A stretch of 14,917 nt of DNA from an uncultured bacterium (GTDB taxonomy: Bacteria > Acidobacteriota > Thermoanaerobaculia > Multivoradales > JAHZIX01). The notes under the pieces were generated by a model. The model did not search any database and was not told where the DNA came from. It saw only the letters and a list, made by a program, of their open reading frames with translations. Position numbers and translations under genes: made by a program. The stretch lies in the NCBI GenBank assembly GCA_965368975.1, contig CBDUPA010000047.1, forward strand, positions 1 to 14,917, in the 5' to 3' direction. This document shows positions 1-14,917 of the stretch, piece after piece (positions within the stretch are counted from its first letter, which is position 1; every line of letters starts with the position of its first letter).

Positions 1-2
1 AC

Positions 3-59
3 CTAGGGGAGTTCATCATGGCCGACTACATCCGCAATCGTCGCAGCCGAGTGCGGTAA
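3..59 (+). CDS. Probable 3' end of an upstream gene (LGEFIMADYIRNRRSRVR*), or a 13-aa mini-ORF starting at ATG 18
   Basis: Frame is open from the window edge to TAA at 57-59. GGGGAG at 6-11 also precedes ATG 18. Cannot be resolved without upstream sequence. Confidence 0.3.
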   Translation, partial: LGEFIMADYIRNRRSRVR

Positions 60-68
60 ACTTTCCGC
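53..68 (+). promoter_or_regulatory. Putative -10 element (TAAACT 57-62) inside an imperfect palindrome; candidate leaderless promoter and operator of the TA pair
   Basis: GCGG(T)AAA-C-TTT-CCGC at 53-68. TAAACT ends 7 nt before ATG 70, and no Shine-Dalgarno precedes that ATG. Confidence 0.4.
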
Positions 69-69
69 C

Positions 70-384
70 ATGCTTGTCACTGCAACCACTCTGCCGTTGC
101 CCGCCCTGAGCGACTTCTGCCGTCGCTGGAAGATCTCAGAGTTGGCACTCTTCGGTTCAGCCCTGCGCGAAGACTTCAACCTCGATAGTGACATCGATCT
201 TCTCGCAACCTTTGCTCCAGATGCAGCGTGGAGCCTTTTCGACCACGTGCGGATGGAGTTGGAGTTGGGCGAGATCCTGGGACGCAAAGTGGACCTGGTC
301 GGCAAGGATGCCGTCGAGGCGAGTCACAACCCGATTCTGCAACGCGAGATCTTGGGAGCCGCAGAAGTTGTCTACGCAGCTTGA
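70..384 (+). CDS. mntA: Minimal nucleotidyltransferase (MNT) antitoxin, MntA-type adenylyltransferase
   Basis: 104 aa with the GSx10DxD motif (FGSALREDFNLDSDIDLL) and the typical LGRKVDLV segment; overlaps a downstream HEPN gene. Confidence 0.92.
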   Translation: MLVTATTLPLPALSDFCRRWKISELALFGSALREDFNLDSDIDLLATFAPDAAWSLFDHVRMELELGEILGRKVDLVGKDAVEASHNPILQREILGAAEVVYAA

Positions 385-724
385 CGAATCGGCCCTACTG
401 GATATCGCCCAAGCGTGTCGACGGATAGCCGAGTTCAAACGCGGTCTGGATATCGAAGCGTTCAAGACAGACTTCAAGACTCAGTCCGCCATCTTGCATC
501 AACTGATGGTGATGGGTGAAGCCGTCAAACGGATGTCCTCAGACCTACGCGAAGAGCATCCCAAGGTCCCATGGCGACTGATAGCCGGCATGCGAGACAG
601 ATTGATCCACGGATACGATCTGATTCGGTTGGCTGAGGTTTGGCAGACGGCTGATAGCGATGTGCCAAAGCTGCTCCAGAGTGTAGAGGACATGCTTTCT
701 GAATTTGCGAGGCAGTCAGAGTGA
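368..724 (+). CDS. hepT: HEPN (DUF86) RNase toxin, HepT-type
   Basis: Rx4HxY motif (MRDRLIHGY), plus GEAVKR and PKVPW segments typical of DUF86. Start reassigned from 188 to TTG 368 (MSTQLDES..., 118 aa), overlapping the MNT stop codon. Confidence 0.9.
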   Translation: MSTQLDESALLDIAQACRRIAEFKRGLDIEAFKTDFKTQSAILHQLMVMGEAVKRMSSDLREEHPKVPWRLIAGMRDRLIHGYDLIRLAEVWQTADSDVPKLLQSVEDMLSEFARQSE

Positions 725-818
725 TTCAGCTATCCTTTCTATATTCTGTTCCCTAAGAATTTGAAGCAAGTAGCAGTGGCCATCAATATCTAGCTTTAAT
801 ACATCGGAGCAGCTTTCA

Positions 819-1274
819 ATGCGAACAATCTCACTGAGACTTGCCTCATTGCTCGCATTCCTTACCCTCTTGGGAGTCCTTGCCTGTCTCGCCCTGAAGA
901 TAACCGGCTCATCTATTCCAGACGCCGGTTTATCAGGCACCTGGTTCTATTCCGGGTTGGTGATGCTGTTGTTCACGACTTTCTTCGTGGAGCCGTACTT
1001 TTCGGGGCCGAAGAACGTTATGACCCACACTCTGGCCGTGGTCCTCGTTCTGCTCTCAGCCAAGGTCGAACTCGAGTCAATTTCGCTAGCTTCCTGGGGA
1101 TGGAATGTTCTTCTCGGCTACACAGTAGTCCTCCTTGCGACAAGCTCGATAGCAAACTTCTTGTCCGATCAAGAACTAAGTTCAGATCACTGGCAGAATA
1201 GATCGGCTGAATGTCTGAAGATCTTCTCACCCAGGGATCGTCAAACTGGTGGTACACAGGCAGGAAGAGGATGA
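819..1274 (+). pseudogene. Truncated multi-pass membrane protein; probably the 5' part of a longer gene
   Basis: GGAG at 806-809 precedes ATG 819. About four hydrophobic segments (LASLLAFLTLLGVLACLAL; WFYSGLVMLLFTTFFV; TLAVVLVLLSA; WNVLLGYTVVLLATSSIANF). After about 1230 the frame becomes unprotein-like and stops, while coding-like sequence resumes in another frame. Lower GC than the NRPS. Confidence 0.5.
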
Positions 1275-1300
1275 CCAGCTCGCAAGCAGAAAGTCCCAAA

Positions 1301-1390
1301 GAAGGAACTCTCATTGAGATTGAGATCGACGGAGAGCGGGTCTTTTACCAAGTGACGAACGCTCGTACGGTCAGCGAGCCGCTCGAACAC
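1301..1390 (+). pseudogene. Short beta-rich fragment (EGTLIEIEIDGERVFYQVTNARTVSEPLEH), reminiscent of the HAS-barrel region of HerA/DUF87 ATPases
   Basis: Pattern G-x-L-hydrophobic strand, turn, V-x-Y-Q-V resembles HAS-barrel strands. It is out of frame with ORF 819 and no Walker motifs follow. Assignment is from memory only. Confidence 0.3.
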
Positions 1391-1516
1391 CGTGCGCCGC
1401 AAGACGTTGGCGACCTCGACGGCGAGCAAGTGCGGCGCGTGCCAGGTGTCGTTGGCGCCGTAAAGACGATCTTCGATACTCCGAGCACCCTCACCACCCA
1501 GCAGCAACTCGATGAC
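1388..1516 (-). pseudogene. vapC: Internal fragment of a VapC/PIN-domain toxin
   Basis: VIELLLGGEGARSIEDRLYGANDTWHAPHLLAVEVANVLRRTV matches the PIN pattern (ELLL...HAPHLLxVEVxxVLRR) including the conserved Glu. The N-terminal VDAS strand and the C-terminal half are absent. Confidence 0.65.
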
Positions 1517-1534
1517 TAGCTCTGACCGCCACAA

Positions 1535-3520
1535 CTACGGCCTCGGAGCGCGCCCCTCGGTACAGCCCTGCAGATTCCTGTAATGCATACCGTCAATCGA
1601 AGTCCCGGCAAAGATCCTGACGCAGTCGGTGGACACCGCCACGCTCAGCGACAGAACCGGAGAATCTGGCTCACCCAGATCTCCGAAGGGCTGCCATGTG
1701 GCTCCTGCATCCGTACTTCGGAAGATTCCTTCCGAGGTCGCCACATAGAACGAGTCTTGCTCCACAGGAGACGAGCTGATGGCGGTAGCGCGCGCATCCG
1801 GCAGACCCGAGTTGCTTTCGAAGAAGCTCAGCCCGCCATCCAGGCTTCTCAGCACCCCGCGGCTTCCGGCCGCTACCAACATCACTCCGTCCTCGGTGTC
1901 TTGGAAGGCTAGGTCTTCGACCAGGACTCGCTCGGGCCCCTCTGTGTCGAGCACGGTCTGCCAGGTCTCGCCACCATCAGCGCTGCGCTCCAGGCCCGGT
2001 TGCCCGGCGAAGATCAGCGTAGAATCCCAGGGAGCCACGCGGACGATTTCGAAAGCTCGATCTTCGCTGCCCTCGCCCAGCGTCTTCCAGGTCTCGCCAC
2101 CATCCTCACTACGACCGACCCAGGTGAATGCAGTGACCGCCGGACTACCGGGGCTGCCGATCCCGGGACCATCGAGACGATACCCGACCGCGTACACGGT
2201 TCTGGAATCCCCGGGATCCAAGGCTACGTCGAAGACTTCGTTCGCCAGCACGCGCCTGTCCCAATTCACACCGCCGTCCGGAGAAATGTAGAGACTCTCC
2301 CGGATGGCCAGGAAGAGGTGGTCTTCGTCCACTGGATCGACCGCGAGAGCCTGCGCGGAGCGACCCAGCTCGTGAGGATGTTCACCCGCCCGCTGCCACA
2401 AACGGCTGGCGGCATCCCCCTTCCACAGCCGCCCGTTCATCACTGCGAACAGAGTTCCCGTCGTAGCGGCGGCGAGCCGCGAGACTGAGAAAGTGTGGAG
2501 GCCCCGGGTGCCGCGGATCCAGTCCTGCCCCATGTTTCGGCTGCGCAGCAAGCCCTGGCGTGTCGCCGCCACGGCGATGTCGCCACTCACCACCAGAGGC
2601 GGTAGATCGAGGTCCTCTTCGATTTCGAGCGTTACTTGCCAGTTGCGGCCTTCATCGGAACTGAGCCATAGCTGTTCCGTGCCTGCGGCGATGGACCACA
2701 CTCGTGCCAGCAGGCGGAAGGGTGGCCATGGTTCCACGGCGACCGATCTGAAGGCGAGACGCTCTTCCTCGTAGCGTAGCTGCCAGCTACGACCACCGTC
2801 GGCACTGTGAAAGAGGCCATCCAGGTTGGCGAGATAGAGGTCCGCCGGCTGCGCCGGGTGCTCCGCGATCAGGTCAGCGAGTCGGAAGCCAGGCTGATTC
2901 GGGATCGTCCCCAAGCTCTCCCAGGTTCTGCCGTCATTCAGTGACCTGTAGAGCCTCGTGAAGATCTCACCCGCAACTCCCAACAACTCACCACTCGACG
3001 GCAAGAAGTGGACGTCGTGAATATCTACGAAGGGATCGAAGGCCCGCAGGTACCACGTCTCGCCACCATCGTAGGTCAGTCGCACGCCCCGGCCCTGCTG
3101 TGCCACGACCAGCCGGCCACTCTGGTGCGGATGTACCGCCATGGTCGCGGTTCCGTCGGCGGGCAGCGACAGGATATTGCGCCAAGTCTGTCCGCTGTCG
3201 TCGCTACTCCAAACCTGGCTCTCAGAACTGAAGACATAGAGCAGATCCGAGTCCTCGGCATCGACCGCAAGCGAACGAATGGAGTCGACCGGCAGGCGTC
3301 CGACGCGGCACCAGGTCTTGCCCGCGGACTCGGTGCGGAACACGGCTCCGCGACTGGTCACGTACACCACATTGTCTCGCGAGGGACTCGCGGCGATCTG
3401 TCGTACCGCCCCACCATCCAGCCCGGCGGGCAACCAGCCGTCCTTCGCCTGCAAGGACGGCGAGAGCATGAGGAGGTAGAGTGTGGCGCAACACAGGACG
3501 CTGCACGAGCGAGTTCTCAT
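1535..3520 (-). CDS. Secreted Asp-box/BNR-repeat beta-propeller protein (VPS10/Ycf48/sialidase-like fold), function unknown
   Basis: About 12 S/T-x-D-x-G-x-T/S-W boxes (SDDSGQTW, TYDGGETW, SADGGRSW, SPDGGVNW, SEDGGETW, SADGGETW, STDAGATW and others). Signal peptide MRTRSCSVLCCATLYLLMLSPSLQA. Start placed at ATG 3520, which has GAAGGA upstream; 661 aa. Confidence 0.88.
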   Translation of the reverse strand: MRTRSCSVLCCATLYLLMLSPSLQAKDGWLPAGLDGGAVRQIAASPSRDNVVYVTSRGAVFRTESAGKTWCRVGRLPVDSIRSLAVDAEDSDLLYVFSSESQVWSSDDSGQTWRNILSLPADGTATMAVHPHQSGRLVVAQQGRGVRLTYDGGETWYLRAFDPFVDIHDVHFLPSSGELLGVAGEIFTRLYRSLNDGRTWESLGTIPNQPGFRLADLIAEHPAQPADLYLANLDGLFHSADGGRSWQLRYEEERLAFRSVAVEPWPPFRLLARVWSIAAGTEQLWLSSDEGRNWQVTLEIEEDLDLPPLVVSGDIAVAATRQGLLRSRNMGQDWIRGTRGLHTFSVSRLAAATTGTLFAVMNGRLWKGDAASRLWQRAGEHPHELGRSAQALAVDPVDEDHLFLAIRESLYISPDGGVNWDRRVLANEVFDVALDPGDSRTVYAVGYRLDGPGIGSPGSPAVTAFTWVGRSEDGGETWKTLGEGSEDRAFEIVRVAPWDSTLIFAGQPGLERSADGGETWQTVLDTEGPERVLVEDLAFQDTEDGVMLVAAGSRGVLRSLDGGLSFFESNSGLPDARATAISSSPVEQDSFYVATSEGIFRSTDAGATWQPFGDLGEPDSPVLSLSVAVSTDCVRIFAGTSIDGMHYRNLQGCTEGRAPRP

Positions 3521-3607
3521 CTTGACTGTTCCTTCAGGGTACATATTCCTTCCGAGTACCCTTCTCGCTGAGAACAGATATCTCTGGATTCATCGTCATA
3601 AGAGAGC

Positions 3608-3647
3608 ATCAATTGATAGAGAATCAATAGATCACTCGATCATAGCA
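3608..3647 (-). promoter_or_regulatory. Putative extended -10 promoter of the BNR gene with an adjacent inverted-repeat operator
   Basis: Minus strand TG-C-TATGAT at 3647-3639. Inverted repeat ATTGAT-N5-ATCAAT at 3612-3628 and perfect palindrome ATCAATTGAT at 3608-3617. Lies in the AT-rich divergent intergenic region. Confidence 0.4.
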
Positions 3648-3766
3648 CCATGCTGGAAGGAAGCCCCAATCACTGTGAGCATGTTGTCGCATTTAAAGAA
3701 AGCTAGCGCGAACGAAACTTAGATCGGCGATAGGATGGGACGCTTGGCTTGGGGAGGGAATTTCCT

Positions 3767-13096
<9,330 letters not shown>

Positions 13097-13172
13097 TCCT
13101 CGACTGGCTCCTTGTGCATCCCTGCCTGCGCTAAGATGCTACTCGTCAACACACCTGGGAGTCCGCACCATA

Positions 13173-13988
13173 ATGAGCTTGTCCGAATCCGATCTGTGGA
13201 AGGCCGAAGAGGCCCATCATCGCCTTCAACGTTTCCTCTACCAGCCCGACCAGCGCCAGCTCGACGGCGCCTTGCTGTGCACGGCTGAACTGCTGGCCAT
13301 GCCCGACTGGAACCATGCCGGGCTGATCGACGTCACGCCCGAGCGCTTGCCGGGACTGATCGACGAAGCACGGGAGTTCTTCACCGAACGTGAGCGTGAG
13401 ACCAGCTTCGGTGTCACCTCGTATCATCGGCCCCCGGACCTGGCCCAGCGCCTCGTCGACCTGGGCGCTCACAAGAGCTTCCAGCACAGCTGGCTCTTCT
13501 ACCCTCCCGAGAGCCCGATTGAACGTCCGACCCTGCCACCCGGCGCCGAGTTGCACCAGCTCACCCCCGCCGACCTGGAAGGCGACCGCGCCAAGTTGGA
13601 AGCCTACGTCGACCTGTTGTTCGCGGCTTTCGGCGATATCCCACGCGCCTACCACGACACAATCGCCCACTCGCTCGCCAACCTCGACGCCGCTGAGGCC
13701 GCCGGCGTGACCTTGCACCACTATCTGCTCACCTTCGAGGGACGCCCCGCCGGCACCGGCACGCTGCTGCACGACGGTCACGCCGGTGACCTGTGCAACC
13801 TCGGCGTCCACCCGGAACTGCGCCGCCACGGCCTCGGGGCTTACCTCACCGAGTTGCGCATCCACGAAGCCCGGGCCGCCGGCTGCCGGCTGATCTTCTT
13901 GCAGACCAAGCGAGACAAGGTTCGCCGCTGGCAGCAGCGGCACGGCTTCGAGCTGGGCTTCGTGATCGAGGGCTACACGCTGCCTTGA
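13173..13988 (+). CDS. GNAT-family N-acyltransferase, 271 aa, with a C-terminal GNAT domain and an N-terminal extension
   Basis: Acyl-CoA-binding motif A (NLGVHPELRRHGLG), followed by AAGCRLIFLQT and HGF. Start reassigned from 12978 to ATG 13173 with GGGAG at 13157-13161. Begins 76 nt after the NRPS stop, on the same strand. Confidence 0.88.
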   Translation: MSLSESDLWKAEEAHHRLQRFLYQPDQRQLDGALLCTAELLAMPDWNHAGLIDVTPERLPGLIDEAREFFTERERETSFGVTSYHRPPDLAQRLVDLGAHKSFQHSWLFYPPESPIERPTLPPGAELHQLTPADLEGDRAKLEAYVDLLFAAFGDIPRAYHDTIAHSLANLDAAEAAGVTLHHYLLTFEGRPAGTGTLLHDGHAGDLCNLGVHPELRRHGLGAYLTELRIHEARAAGCRLIFLQTKRDKVRRWQQRHGFELGFVIEGYTLP

Positions 13989-14004
13989 CGCCATCGTCGT
14001 TCCC

Positions 14005-14049
14005 GGTCTGAGCCTATTGCAGGTCCTGCACCAATCGGAATAGGAGACC
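14005..14049. terminator. Possible hairpin between convergent genes
   Basis: GGTCT..CCTATT pairs with AATAGG-AGACC and encloses the palindrome TGCAGG-T-CCTGCA. No U-tract, so support is weak. Confidence 0.2.
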
Positions 14050-14198
14050 ATCGATGCGCGCCGCGAGCTGTTGTCGAAAGCTACGAGTCGCCGCACCGAT
14101 CGCCCGGCGGCGACGCGGCACACCGCCGAGAACGCCGCGCAGACTTCGGATGGCTGGATTGCGGAAGGTTGGCTTGTAGAGCCCCAGATCAGCGCCTC

Positions 14199-14843
14199 TC
14201 ATCGTACCCACTCCCCACGTTCAGCATCGAAACGCAGCGTCGAGATCAAGCCGGCGCGCGTACGCACCCGCACCGCCATCAGCTCGTGACGCCCATCCGT
14301 CAAGTAGACAGTACCCGGCGTCGCGGTGCCGGTGGGCGAGAAGGACGCCAGATCCGAGCGGTTGAAACGGATGGGATCGTCGAGGCGATCGAGCGGCCGT
14401 CCGTGCCCGGGATGCGGTAGAAGCTGCTCTGGTGCCGAGAAGCCCGCTGGCCGCAGGCGCGGCGGGAAGCCAAAGCGGATCGACGTGTCCGTGCGTGGCA
14501 GGCGCCGCGGTGGGGCTGCCTGGATGTCGGTGCCGTCCTCAATGTCCGGCGTGCGCACGCCATCGCCGTCACCATCGCGGTACAGAGTGTAGATCACCGT
14601 TCCGTCTTCCTGCGGCCGGAACTTCAGCGCCACGTTGACACCGTGCAAAATGGCGTAGCTGCGCGCCGCGTGCAGCACCCCCGCAACTTCACTGGCCACC
14701 AGCGACATCCGGTGCCGCGTGCTCATGTCGCGCACGCTGGGCACCATCCACACCAGCAGCACGCTGATCAGCATCAAGGCCAGCAGGGCTTCGATCAAGG
14801 TGACGCCGGCATTCTTGGGCAGGGCGAAAAGTCGATCCTTCAT
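14199..14843 (-). CDS. FimT/GspH-like type IV minor pilin or pseudopilin
   Basis: Class III signal KNAG|VTLIEALLALMLISVLLVWMVP with Glu5. Helix 'LHAARSYAI' and C-terminal 'FSPTGTATPGTVYL...RTRAGLI' are typical of FimT/GspH. GGAGG at 14854-14850 precedes ATG 14843; 214 aa. Confidence 0.88.
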   Translation of the reverse strand: MKDRLFALPKNAGVTLIEALLALMLISVLLVWMVPSVRDMSTRHRMSLVASEVAGVLHAARSYAILHGVNVALKFRPQEDGTVIYTLYRDGDGDGVRTPDIEDGTDIQAAPPRRLPRTDTSIRFGFPPRLRPAGFSAPEQLLPHPGHGRPLDRLDDPIRFNRSDLASFSPTGTATPGTVYLTDGRHELMAVRVRTRAGLISTLRFDAERGEWVR

Positions 14844-14917
14844 GGTCCACCTCCGGGTTCGAGGCACGCGGTGACTTCCGCGCGACTCGGCTGGAGATAG
14901 ATCAAGCTGGATGCCGG

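Noticed and set aside
188-367. N-terminal extension of the 178-aa HEPN ORF
   Set aside because: It overlaps the MNT gene out of frame. DUF86-like sequence begins only near TTG 368.
716-940. 74-aa minus-strand ORF
   Set aside because: It is antisense to the better-supported membrane ORF and its AT-rich upstream region, and has no motifs.
1241-1534. 97-aa minus-strand ORF as an intact VapC toxin
   Set aside because: It lacks the first catalytic Asp strand, and PIN similarity stops near 1388. No antitoxin is adjacent.
3613-3627. Canonical FNR box
   Set aside because: The spacer between TTGAT and ATCAA is 5 nt, not 4. Kept only as an unassigned operator candidate.
13146-14289. ORFs 13146-14123 (-), 14014-14211 (-) and 14071-14289 (+)
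   Set aside because: They are antisense to the GNAT or overlap the pilin gene, with no recognisable motifs or convincing RBS.

Overview
High-GC bacterial window. From left to right: an intact MNT-HEPN (MntA/HepT-type) toxin-antitoxin pair (70-724); a lower-GC scar of gene debris (725-1534: a truncated membrane protein, a short beta-rich fragment and an opposite-strand VapC/PIN fragment that abut at about 1389); a secreted Asp-box/BNR beta-propeller protein on the minus strand (1535-3520); a divergent AT-rich promoter region; a 3109-aa NRPS (3767-13096); a GNAT acetyltransferase (13173-13988); and a convergent FimT/GspH-like pilin (14199-14843). The NRPS reads C-A-T-C-A-T-C-(A-subdomain only)-T. 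It has docking-like helices at both termini, no loading module and no thioesterase, and no other NRPS gene flanks it. The most notable items are the third module, where the adenylation core is missing in frame while a Lys-less C-terminal subdomain and an intact carrier remain, and the orphan NRPS+GNAT arrangement, which implies partners acting in trans. All family assignments come from motif recognition by eye; no searches were run.
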